A DNA stretch of 64,000 nucleotides from NCBI GenBank assembly GCA_963828525.1, contig CAWHEP010000006.1:1-64000 (forward strand), in the 5' to 3' direction. This document shows positions 51,188-60,478 of this stretch, piece by piece. Source of the stretch: an uncultured Verrucomicrobiae bacterium. GTDB lineage: Bacteria > Verrucomicrobiota > Verrucomicrobiia > Chthoniobacterales > Chthoniobacteraceae. The notes under the pieces are model-generated. The model saw only the letters and a program-made list of their open reading frames with translations, made no database searches and was not told the DNA's origin. A program made the translations under genes and the position numbers. Within the stretch, counting starts at the first letter, position 1; the number at the start of each line of letters is the position of its first letter.

Positions 51188-52492
51188 ATGCTAACCCTCC
51201 AAAACGTCCTTTCTCCCCTCGTGGCGATGCTCGTCATTTTCTCGCTTGAGGCCTCGGCGAGCGCCATTGCCCTCTCGGCAGAGGAGCAGCAGCTTGCAAA
51301 CCTTTTCACTGGGAGCGCCGATCAGCACAGGTCGGGGATGACATTGGATCCCACCCTCACAGCGGTCGCCCGCGCCCGCGCCGCCGACCTCTGCAAGCGA
51401 AACTACTTTAGCCACGTGAATCCCGACGGCCACGGCCCTGATTACATGGTTCGGCAGGCGGGCTATATATTGCCATCGTGGGGCGATTCGACCACCGACA
51501 ATAACGTCGAGTCTATCGGGGCCGGATACTCAAGCGCCAGTGACATGTGGCAGGCGTGGATCACCGATTCCGCGCACGCCACCCATGTTCTGGGTCTCGA
51601 CTCTTTCTTCGCCTCCGAGACGTCCTACGGCGTCGGCTTCTATCATGATCCGAACAGCACCTACCAATACTACTGGGTTCTCATCACCGCGCCTCCTCAG
51701 CCAGCATCAGCTCTCCCCCCCAAACCTACAGTAAACCCGCCCGATAACGACCTGGCCCGCAGCCTGGTGTGGGAAAACAAGGCCACCGGCGAAGTGCAGG
51801 CTTGGTTTATGAACGGCGCAAACTGCTCCGCGGAATCCTCGCTCACCACCCCACTAAACGCCTGCCTCGACTGGAACATCGTCGGGATGGGAGACTTCAA
51901 TGGCGACGGCCAGCAGGATATGGTCTGGCAGAACAACAGGTCTGGACAAGTCGCCGTCACCTACATGAATGGCGCAAAATTTCTAGGGGTCGCCCTCGTC
52001 GGCGTAGTCTCAAACCTCAGTTGGAAAATCGTCGGTGTCGGCGACTTCAACGGCGATGGCCACCCCGATCTCGTTTGGCAGGACGGCGCGAACGGACAGA
52101 TCATCGTCTGGCTCATGAACGGTTCGAAGGTGGTTTCCGGCTCGCCAGTCACTCCCCGCCTGAATGCTTCATGGCGAGTAGCCGGGGTAGGGGATCTCAA
52201 TGGCGACGGCCACCCTGATTTGGTCGTCCAGAACATCGTCAACGGCAAAGTGTCCTTCCTCCTCATGAACGGCACCAGCGCGATGTCGGCGCCCGGGATT
52301 ACCCAGTTGCCCCTCTCCTGGAAAATAGCGGGCGTAGGCAAGCTCGGCGCAAACCAGATGGGCGTGGTCCTGCAAGACAGCGCCAACGGCCAGCTATTCG
52401 CGTGGCTCACAAGCGCCGGCACCGTAACCGCCGGCACAGCACTTAACCCAGGCTTCATCGCAGACCCGGCGTGGTCTCTCCGCAATCATTGA
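51188..52492 (+). CDS. Secreted CAP (SCP) domain + FG-GAP/VCBS repeat protein
   Basis: YFSHVNPDG CAP motif; three GDFNGDGxxDLVW-type repeats. Confidence 0.88.
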   Translation: MLTLQNVLSPLVAMLVIFSLEASASAIALSAEEQQLANLFTGSADQHRSGMTLDPTLTAVARARAADLCKRNYFSHVNPDGHGPDYMVRQAGYILPSWGDSTTDNNVESIGAGYSSASDMWQAWITDSAHATHVLGLDSFFASETSYGVGFYHDPNSTYQYYWVLITAPPQPASALPPKPTVNPPDNDLARSLVWENKATGEVQAWFMNGANCSAESSLTTPLNACLDWNIVGMGDFNGDGQQDMVWQNNRSGQVAVTYMNGAKFLGVALVGVVSNLSWKIVGVGDFNGDGHPDLVWQDGANGQIIVWLMNGSKVVSGSPVTPRLNASWRVAGVGDLNGDGHPDLVVQNIVNGKVSFLLMNGTSAMSAPGITQLPLSWKIAGVGKLGANQMGVVLQDSANGQLFAWLTSAGTVTAGTALNPGFIADPAWSLRNH

Positions 52493-52506
52493 GCGCGCCC
52501 GCTCCC

Positions 52507-53355
52507 CTAACACAGCGTTAACAGCGCAATCTCCGGCCTGCAATTCAGCCGGATCGCCAGAGGCAGAGTGCCCACTCCGCTGGTGACATACCCCGCTACT
52601 CTCGGTCCGTGAACCATGCCATACCGGTATTTGTTGCCATAGATTGAGGGCACGATGGGCGATCCCAGATAAGGAAACGCGACCTGCCCACCGTGCGTGT
52701 GGCCACATAACGCCAGCCCAACGCGGGCATCTGTAATTTCTTCAAGACAATCCGGGTTGTGAGTAACAAGCAGGCAGGCATCGCTGTCGCTAGTGTCTCC
52801 AAGGGCGCTGGGAAGATCCTGGGGCTGTGTGGTGAAGTCGCCGATGCCGCACAGCCGGAGCCTCTCGCCATCACGCCTGAGCCAGACGCCTTGATTGGTG
52901 AGGTTCTCAAATCCGGCGGATGTCATCAATTGATGCGTGATCCTCAAACCGGCCCTTGAATCGTGGTTTCCGGTGACTGCAAATATGCCACCTTTTGCCC
53001 TGAGGTTCCGCAATACTCCAAAGCAAGGTTCCTGGTACGACGACCCGGTTCCCATCAGCCCATAACGACGTCCCGCAGTGACGTAGTCCCCGCCGAGGAC
53101 AATTAGATCCGGAGCGAGCGCGTTCGTTTTTGCGACCACACGCGCGAGGTAATCGGCCGGAACAGCCTCGCTGTGATGAAAGTCAGCCAGAAAGGCGATC
53201 GTCATCCCCTTGAACACGGCCGCCAGATTCGGGATCGCGACTGACACCGGCGTGACACGAATCCATTTCGCTTCAAACAAGCTGTAAAGTCCTCCTCCCA
53301 GAATCGTGGCTGCGGCGGCCTTCGCGCCAATTCTCAGAAACTCTCGCCGATGCAT
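52507..53355 (-). CDS. Metallophosphoesterase with Tat-like signal
   Basis: RREFL; DFH, GD, GNHD, HNPD, GHTHGGQ. Confidence 0.92.
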   Translation of the reverse strand: MHRREFLRIGAKAAAATILGGGLYSLFEAKWIRVTPVSVAIPNLAAVFKGMTIAFLADFHHSEAVPADYLARVVAKTNALAPDLIVLGGDYVTAGRRYGLMGTGSSYQEPCFGVLRNLRAKGGIFAVTGNHDSRAGLRITHQLMTSAGFENLTNQGVWLRRDGERLRLCGIGDFTTQPQDLPSALGDTSDSDACLLVTHNPDCLEEITDARVGLALCGHTHGGQVAFPYLGSPIVPSIYGNKYRYGMVHGPRVAGYVTSGVGTLPLAIRLNCRPEIALLTLC

Positions 53356-53467
53356 GGAAACCTATAAACCAGCGTGGGATGCTTGTCGCCTCTCACTGCG
53401 TCTACTTGGAAAGCACTGACTAGATAGCCGCTGTTTGCGCTTTACACATCCCCGGCAATTGTGACAT

Positions 53468-53989
53468 TTGTGCGACGTGCGTTCCGTCCTCCTCCTCCTT
53501 GCGCTGCTTGCTTTATCGAACCTCCTGCATGCCCAGGAGCAGGAGAGCAAGGCTGTTCAGCGTATCATGGACCCGGATCGGACTTTAGCCAGCCCCTTGC
53601 AAAACCAGGCGTACAACGACGGGAAGTCTTTCGGGGCCGTTTCCCCGGCGTCGGTAAACAGTTTCCACATCGCGAGGACTTTCACCGCCAAATCCTTCTC
53701 ATCCAAGGCCTACGCGGGCGCGGGCAATTTTTGGGCGGGCGATTTCAAATACTCGACGACGGCGGCCCGCACTTCCGGATTTTTGACAAAGGCATTTGGC
53801 GTTAGACGCATGGATGTCAAGGATGCGCGGGAAAGCGGGAAGACTTCCGTCTCGGCTGGGCGCTCGTATAATAGGGCTGGCCCTTTCAAAGGCCATGGAA
53901 CCCGGCAAGGGCTCCTGGATGAGCAGAATTCTCCGAAAGCGGCGATGACCATCGATCAGGTGCGCGATCTTCTAAATAAGAATCAGTAA
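53468..53989 (+). CDS. Secreted hypothetical protein
   Basis: Signal peptide; C-terminal MTIDQVRDLLNKN. Confidence 0.7.
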   Translation: MCDVRSVLLLLALLALSNLLHAQEQESKAVQRIMDPDRTLASPLQNQAYNDGKSFGAVSPASVNSFHIARTFTAKSFSSKAYAGAGNFWAGDFKYSTTAARTSGFLTKAFGVRRMDVKDARESGKTSVSAGRSYNRAGPFKGHGTRQGLLDEQNSPKAAMTIDQVRDLLNKNQ

Positions 53990-54014
53990 CCGTGGCGCGG
54001 AGGAGTTCGATTCC

Positions 54015-55205
54015 ATGAGCAGCAAAGCTCTCTCCCCAGAGCAGTCCCTCGAGTTGCTCAGAAAAGGCGCGGCTCAAATCATCAGCGAGGAGGACCTGCT
54101 CCAGAAGCTGAAGCTTCAGCGCCCCCTGAATGTGAAGCTGGGCGTTGATCCCACCGCTCCGGATATTCACCTCGGTTTTACGGTTGCCCTCCAGAAACTT
54201 CGGCAATTCCAGGATCTCGGCCACCACGCCGTCCTTATCATCGGCGATTTCACCGCGATGATCGGCGACCCAAGCGGGCGCTCAGCCACCCGCCCGCAGT
54301 TGAGCCATGACAAGGTCATGCAAAACGCCCGCAGTTTTCAGGAGCAGGCCTACAAAATCCTTGATCCGCAGAGGACGAAGACTTTTTTCAACGGCGAGTG
54401 GCTGGAGATGATGACTTTTGAGGAGGTCATCAAACTTGCCGGTCGTGTCACCGTGCAGCAGATGCTCCACAGGGAGGATTTCCGCGAACGGTTCGACAAA
54501 GGAGTCTCCGTGCGCGTGCATGAGATCCTTTATCCCATCATCCAGGGATACGATTCCGTTCAGGTGAAAGCGGACGTGGAGATCGGTGGCACCGACCAGC
54601 TTTTCAACATTCTCGTCGGACGCGATCTCCAGCGCGAAGACGGGCAGCCTCAGCAAGTGGCTTTTCTAACCCCGCTCCTGGAAGGTCTCGACGGCGTCCA
54701 GAAGATGAGCAAGAGCCTGAACAACTATATCGGCGTTAATGAACCTCCCTCAGAGATGTTCGGCAAGATCATGAGCATCTCGGATACGCTGATGGCGAGA
54801 TACTATCTGCTTCTCCTCGGGAAAGAGGTGCCCGCGGGACACCCCATGGACGCCAAAAAGCAGTTGGGTGTCGAAATTGTAGCCCGCTACCACTCCAGCG
54901 CGGAGGCCAAAGCCGTGCTTGATGAGTTCAACCGCCGCTTCTCCGAGAAGAACCTGGAGGACGCTGATTTGCCGTCCATCTCCCTCTCTGGCGTCGAAAA
55001 GGACATCATCTCGGTCGTGACGGCCGCTTATCTTCAGGGGTTCAAAATTTCGCGATCCCGGAGCGATGCGCGCAGGTTGCTGGAGCAGGGGAGCGCGCAA
55101 TTGAATGGCCAGAAATTGACCGATATAAAGATCAGCCCAATCCTCCAAAAGGGTGACGTGCTCCGGCTCGACAAGACGCGCGCGGTGAGGATCGGCGCCG
55201 TTTAA
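54015..55205 (+). CDS. tyrS: Tyrosine--tRNA ligase
   Basis: KLGVDPTAPDIHLG, GGTDQLFN, KMSKS, C-terminal S4 domain. Confidence 0.97.
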   Translation: MSSKALSPEQSLELLRKGAAQIISEEDLLQKLKLQRPLNVKLGVDPTAPDIHLGFTVALQKLRQFQDLGHHAVLIIGDFTAMIGDPSGRSATRPQLSHDKVMQNARSFQEQAYKILDPQRTKTFFNGEWLEMMTFEEVIKLAGRVTVQQMLHREDFRERFDKGVSVRVHEILYPIIQGYDSVQVKADVEIGGTDQLFNILVGRDLQREDGQPQQVAFLTPLLEGLDGVQKMSKSLNNYIGVNEPPSEMFGKIMSISDTLMARYYLLLLGKEVPAGHPMDAKKQLGVEIVARYHSSAEAKAVLDEFNRRFSEKNLEDADLPSISLSGVEKDIISVVTAAYLQGFKISRSRSDARRLLEQGSAQLNGQKLTDIKISPILQKGDVLRLDKTRAVRIGAV

Positions 55206-55207
55206 AT

Positions 55208-55936
55208 CTAGAGCGACGGTTGCTTGCCGGTGCTGACGGCAAGTTTCTTCAATCGCTTCTTCGGGCGCAATCTCAGCCAATTATTCCAGGTCTTCCGCAG
55301 CGTGTCTTTGGGGGATAGATACTTCTGGTTTAAGTCCGTGCTCCGCAATATCTGCGCGAGCAGTCCCTTAACCGAGAAATCTTCCGTGTGCAGTATGGTG
55401 TAGGCGGTCCCGATCGCCGCTTCATGATGCGCGTCGCTCCCTGCTGTCATCGGCAGCCCCTTCATCTGGGCAAACTCGAACGCCTGCCTGTTATACCTCT
55501 TCAGCGTCGTCGCAGAGTTAAACACTTCGAGGGCATCGATCTCGATCTCTTCCAACACATTTTGGCGGATTCCGGCCCGGAACAGATCGTACGGGTGAGG
55601 CGGCACCGCAAGCCCGCCGTGCTCGTGGATCGCCGCGCATACTTCCCTAGCAGGTTTCCCTTTCATAAAGGGAAGGACAGTGCCGAGGCAGAGCAGATGC
55701 CCATCCGAGGTCGTCACCTCGACGCCGGGGATGATGAGAAAGTTGTCTACCGGGAGCCCGTCCTCTCGCATCAAACCCTTCTCCAGCATGTAACTCACGG
55801 CGTCACAGGTGTTGTGATCCGTCATCGCAAATCCGTGCAATCCTTTGCTCCGGGCTGCGGCGATCAATTCTTCCGGGCTGCTCACGCCATCTCCCGAAAA
55901 GAAAGAGTGCGCGTGCAGATCGATATTGTAGGACAT
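55208..55936 (-). CDS. PHP-domain metal-dependent phosphoesterase
   Basis: DLHAHS, TDHN, PHP, GSDAH. Confidence 0.9.
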   Translation of the reverse strand: MSYNIDLHAHSFFSGDGVSSPEELIAAARSKGLHGFAMTDHNTCDAVSYMLEKGLMREDGLPVDNFLIIPGVEVTTSDGHLLCLGTVLPFMKGKPAREVCAAIHEHGGLAVPPHPYDLFRAGIRQNVLEEIEIDALEVFNSATTLKRYNRQAFEFAQMKGLPMTAGSDAHHEAAIGTAYTILHTEDFSVKGLLAQILRSTDLNQKYLSPKDTLRKTWNNWLRLRPKKRLKKLAVSTGKQPSL

Positions 55937-55995
55937 CGGTAAAAGGGTACGATTCAGGAGTGGAATCGCAAAGCGTAAATCGCGAGGGGTAATCT

Positions 55996-56541
55996 GTGGG
56001 CATCGGTTTCAAGGAATGGCACATCGTGTGCGAAGCGCTCGGCTCAGGCGCGCAGAGCATCATTTTACGGAAGGGTGGCATTGCCGAGGGCAGGGAAGGT
56101 TTTCGCTTCAAGCACGATGATTTCTTCCTGTTCCCCACGCTTTTCCATGAACAAGTGGCGAAGACTACTCTGGCGGGCGCCGCGCTCCCTCCCCCGCGCG
56201 AGGACAGCATCCACATCACCTATGCCGCGCGCGTGGAATGGACCATGGTTCTAAGCGACCTCTCACAAGCCGCAAAGCTAGCCGCTTTTCACGTGTGGCG
56301 ACCGGAGGTGGTGGAAGAGCGCTTCCGCTATGAGGAGGCTCACGGATTGAGCCTCGCTTTTTTGCGGGTGTTTCGCCTGGATGCCCCTTTCTCATTCCCA
56401 GACGCGCCGCGTTATGGCGGCTGCAGGTCTTGGGTGGAAATCCCGACCCCTTCGGCTGCTTCCAGGACACCGGTTCTCGATGATGCCGTTCATGCGGCGA
56501 GATCGGAAGAAATCCGCCATCTTCTTGCGAGCGGAACGTAA
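55996..56541 (+). CDS. DUF1802 family protein
   Basis: FKEW...ILRKGGIAEG...FPT...GCRSW. Confidence 0.88.
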   Translation: MGIGFKEWHIVCEALGSGAQSIILRKGGIAEGREGFRFKHDDFFLFPTLFHEQVAKTTLAGAALPPPREDSIHITYAARVEWTMVLSDLSQAAKLAAFHVWRPEVVEERFRYEEAHGLSLAFLRVFRLDAPFSFPDAPRYGGCRSWVEIPTPSAASRTPVLDDAVHAARSEEIRHLLASGT

Positions 56542-56562
56542 CCTGGAACTTTTCGGCGGCCG

Positions 56563-56811
56563 TTACTCTGAGGCGGTCGGCGGCTTTGCTTTCGCCGCGA
56601 GTATCTTCGAAAATTCCTGTAGCTGGTTCACTATGTCCGGGCACCGCGTCAGCACAGCCTTGGACAGCTTCTCGTAATGTTGCGCGTTTCGCTGGGACAA
56701 CTCCGAAAGCGCCATTATGACTGCCAGCGTATTATTGATGGAATGCTTCACCTCGCGAAATTTCTCATGCGCGGCGTGCCAGTCGTCGGTCGGCGAGGGG
56801 ATAGTTTCCAT
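56563..56811 (-). CDS. Small stand-alone HisKA/DHp-like protein
   Basis: H-box-like VKHSINNTLAVI in an 82-aa helical ORF. Confidence 0.6.
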   Translation of the reverse strand: METIPSPTDDWHAAHEKFREVKHSINNTLAVIMALSELSQRNAQHYEKLSKAVLTRCPDIVNQLQEFSKILAAKAKPPTASE

Positions 56812-56946
56812 CTAGACCCAAGCTAAAAGCGGGTCGCATGCCACACAAGGTGGATTTTTGCGGCGCCATGTCGTTTTGCTGACGCCGCAGGAAGCCCGCC
56901 GCCCTCCAATTGACACGACACACCCGTTCTTATACCGTGCGCGATT

Positions 56947-58041
56947 GTGCCCGACTCGATGGTAAATAAGACGCCGCTCTACGAAGAACACGTGCGGCGA
57001 GGCGCAAAGATGGTGGAGTTTTCCGGCTGGTTGATGCCCATCCAATACACCGGCATCGTCGAGGAGCACCACGCGGTGCGGAACTCGGTTGGCCTCTTCG
57101 ACATCTCTCATATGGGCCAGGTGCATGCCTCCGGGCCGAAGGTGAAGGAGTGGCTCAACTACTTGCTCTCGAACAATATCAATCGTCTGGGCATTGGTGA
57201 AAGCCAGTACACGTTCCTGCTCAATGAACAGGGTGGGATCATAGACGATCTCATCGTTTACCACTATGCTGAAGGCCAGTTCCTTCTTGTCGTAAACGCG
57301 TCGATGGCTCAGCAGGATTTTGATTGGATGCGCGACCATCTCGCGACCGGCGTTGAACTCGAGAACCACAGCGAGCGTTTTGCGGGGCTGGCGGTCCAAG
57401 GCCCGAAATCGATAAAGCTGTTCGATCACTTTTTCGGCCCTTCTCATTCGCGGCCCGCCCGGAACGAGGTACGCGCTGTTCAGCGAGGCGCCAGCACGAT
57501 GTATGTCTCCAGCACCGGCTACACGGGAGAGGACGGGTTTGAGATTTTCTTCCCAGCGGAAATGGCGTTGGAGCTTTGGAACGAAATTCTCGAGATGGGC
57601 ATCGAGTTGGATATGCGCCCGTGCGGCCTTGGCGCCCGGGATACCCTCCGGCTGGAGATGTGCTATCCGCTTAACGGTTCCGATCTCTCTCCGACGCGAA
57701 CCCCCTTCGAGGCCGGTCTTTCCATCTTTGTCGATCTTGCGAAAGATAATTTCATTGGCAGGGAGGCTCTCGTTAAGCAGCGGGCCGAAGGCGTGAAGGA
57801 ACGGCTTGTGCCTTTTAAGATGAAAGACCGCAGCCCTCCCCCGCGTCCGCATTATGCCCTATACAAGGATGGGCGGCAGATCGCCGAGATCGCGAGCGGC
57901 ACTCTCTCCCCGACGCTGAATATCGGTATCGGCATGGCTTACATCCCGACGGAGTTTGCCCGGATAAACGAAGAAATAGAAGTGGACATTCGCGGCAGGC
58001 GATTTCCTGCCACCATTGAAAAAAAACCCTTACACCGATGA
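56947..58041 (+). CDS. gcvT: Glycine cleavage system aminomethyltransferase T
   Basis: TPLY, GLFDISHMG, TGYTGEDGFE, GLGARDTLRLE. Confidence 0.96.
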   Translation: MPDSMVNKTPLYEEHVRRGAKMVEFSGWLMPIQYTGIVEEHHAVRNSVGLFDISHMGQVHASGPKVKEWLNYLLSNNINRLGIGESQYTFLLNEQGGIIDDLIVYHYAEGQFLLVVNASMAQQDFDWMRDHLATGVELENHSERFAGLAVQGPKSIKLFDHFFGPSHSRPARNEVRAVQRGASTMYVSSTGYTGEDGFEIFFPAEMALELWNEILEMGIELDMRPCGLGARDTLRLEMCYPLNGSDLSPTRTPFEAGLSIFVDLAKDNFIGREALVKQRAEGVKERLVPFKMKDRSPPPRPHYALYKDGRQIAEIASGTLSPTLNIGIGMAYIPTEFARINEEIEVDIRGRRFPATIEKKPLHR

Positions 58042-58442
58042 ACATTCCAGACGACCTTCAATACACGACCACGCACGAGTGGGTGCGCATGGAGGGTGCC
58101 TGCGCTCGCGTCGGCATCACCGATCACGCGCAAGCTGAACTCACAGACATCGTCTATGTGGAACTACCGAAGCCTGGCGTCTCCGTCATGCCGAAGCAGC
58201 CTGTGGCTGTCGTGGAGTCGGTTAAAGCCGCCAGCGATATTTACTCGCCGATCGGCGGCACCATTACGGAAGTCAATCCCGCGCTGGAGGCCAATCCTGC
58301 CTTGGTAAATACGGATCCGTATGGGGAAGGCTGGCTCTTCAGTGTCCAGATTGAAGCTGGCGAGGAGCTTGAACTTCTCAAGGATCCAGCCACCTATCGC
58401 AAGCAACTGGAAGGCGGGGCCGCTCCCGCTGATTCGCCTTGA
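58038..58442 (+). CDS. gcvH: Glycine cleavage system H protein
   Basis: HEW, GITDHAQ, lipoyl motif VESVKA, PYGEGWL. Confidence 0.96.
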   Translation: MNIPDDLQYTTTHEWVRMEGACARVGITDHAQAELTDIVYVELPKPGVSVMPKQPVAVVESVKAASDIYSPIGGTITEVNPALEANPALVNTDPYGEGWLFSVQIEAGEELELLKDPATYRKQLEGGAAPADSP

Positions 58443-58548
58443 TTGCAATGGGTCGGCTTTCGCAGCCCTGAGGCGACTCTAATTGTTGTCAGACCCTAAT
58501 CGTTTCTGATTGCGGGATCACACTCGACTCGGTTTAGTGGGCGTCCCC

Positions 58549-60430
58549 ATGCCAAAACGCTCGGAGATGTTCCTGTTCCTGGCGACGTTCGTCGCTTTCG
58601 CCTATTTCCACCAGGGAGGCGGTTGGAATCAAAACTCCAGGTTCGCAATGGTGCGCGCGATGGCGGAAGAGCGCGCCTTCACGATCGACAATTTTCTCGT
58701 GTACGAAGCTGGCGCGGCCGGTAAGCCCCTTCTTAGGCGAAGGGTCCGAAATGGCGACTTTGAGGACGACGAGGGGACAAAGCGGCTTTGCTGGACGGGG
58801 CATGGATGGGATCTTCACCCCGTGAACGGCGTTCCGGGGGACGATGAGCATCAGGCAATATCTCTTGAAGCGAACGCGGACTCCGGGGACGTTGGCTTTT
58901 TTGAGGGCCACTTCCACCCCAACAAACCGCCGGGCACCTCTTTCCTGGCTCTTCCCGGATATCTACTGTTGCTGACGGCTGAGAGGATGTTTGGCGCGAA
59001 TCCAGACGATTGGTGGGTGCTGACTTGCAATGAGTGGCTGACGTCAGTGCTCAGCGTCGGTCTCTTTTCTGCTTTAGGATGCCGCGCTGTTTTTCCGGAC
59101 CGCGACGCTGCTGGCAGCGGGAAACGAGCGCGTGGCGATGACAGCGACGTTCGCGTTTGCTTTTGGCACCATGTTTTTCCCGTACGCGACAATCATGTTT
59201 GACCAGAACCTCACGGCAACGGCGTTGCTTGCTTCCTTCTACCTGTTGTTAAGAGAGCGCCGTTCCCTTGCGGGAAATCCGACTCTGTTTGCAGCCGGCT
59301 TATTCGCCGGAGTCGCGGCGATCACGAATTACATCGCCGCGGCAGCGGTGGTTTTCCTGGCCATCTACCTTTTCGTTGGTTTGCGCAAGTCGGAGCGTGG
59401 ACTGCTTCTAAAGCGCCTCCTCTGTTTTGCCCTCGGGGTGGCCGGCCCCTTCCTCCTGATCTGCGCTTACGGACAGATTTGCTTCCACACCCCCTTCGCG
59501 CTGAACACAAACTTCCAAAATCCCCTGTTCAAAGTGCATGAAGGCGGGTTTCTCGGAATGTTTGCCCTTCCCAATCCCTATGTAGCCGCAGTGTTGCTGG
59601 TCTCACCCTTCAGGGGGATTTTTTACACGGCGCCCATTCTCTTGCTCGGGCTTTATGGCTGGTTCCGGATGCCGCGAAATATGACTCCTGAAAAGTGGCT
59701 GTTCGCCTCCATTTTCCTGGTTTTCTTTTTCGTCAACACGTGCTTCAACGGCTACCATGGAGGCTTCTGTTCGGAGCCGCGCTACCTTGGCCCGGCGTTG
59801 CCTTTCCTCGCGCTGCCGATGGTCATCGGGTTTGCGGCATTCCCTCGTGTCGCAGCCGTTCTGGGGATTCTTTCGGTGGTCAGCCAGCTCGCGATAACAG
59901 CGGTCGACGTCGAAAGCCCTGTCGGAGTCGGAAGTCTTGCCATGATCGACTCCCGGCCAGACTGGAGCTACAGCCCGCTTACGGATTATTCCCTACCGAT
60001 ATTTTTCCGAGGCCATGCATGGCCGATCCTTAGCGGTTTGTTGAACGAGGAGTTGAAACTTAGGGAAAAGGATCTTCAGGCCGCCGCGCCCCAGGTCAAA
60101 ACCCAGCAACTGGCAAGCATCAGAAAGGATCTACTGAATGCGATTCGTTCCTCGGCGAGAGAGCCTTTCCTGCTCGCGACTTTTCGGGGTCCGGTTTCAG
60201 TGAACCCCGTGGGAGCGTATGAAGGCTCGCTTTACCACCTGTTTGAGCCCTTCAGTCCGCAGGCAAAATGGAGTTCGTTTAACGCGGGGGAGTTCCTTTT
60301 TCCCGAGAGTCGCTGGAGTTTGCTGCCCCTGCTCGTCCTTTGCGGGGGTTTCTCCTTTCTTTCATGGCGGTATGTCCTTCGATGCCCAATCCCTGCCTCC
60401 GGCGAGGTAGTATCCATCGGAACGACGTAG
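58549..60430 (+). CDS. Polytopic membrane protein, GT-C-like (frameshift ~59080)
   Basis: NKPPGTSFLA, EPRYL, many TMs; split over ORFs 58510-59202 and 59132-60430. Confidence 0.65.
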
Positions 60431-60478
60431 GACGAACAAGCTTGCCGTGTTGGAAAATCACGGCTAAGGACTTCAACG

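Noticed and set aside
56812..56946. Glycine riboswitch upstream of gcvT
   Set aside because: The gap is short and no aptamer motifs are recognisable by eye
56812..57852. Long antisense ORFs (also 47900-48964, 24488-25441, 62189-63271)
   Set aside because: Shadows of well-supported genes, expected in GC-rich DNA
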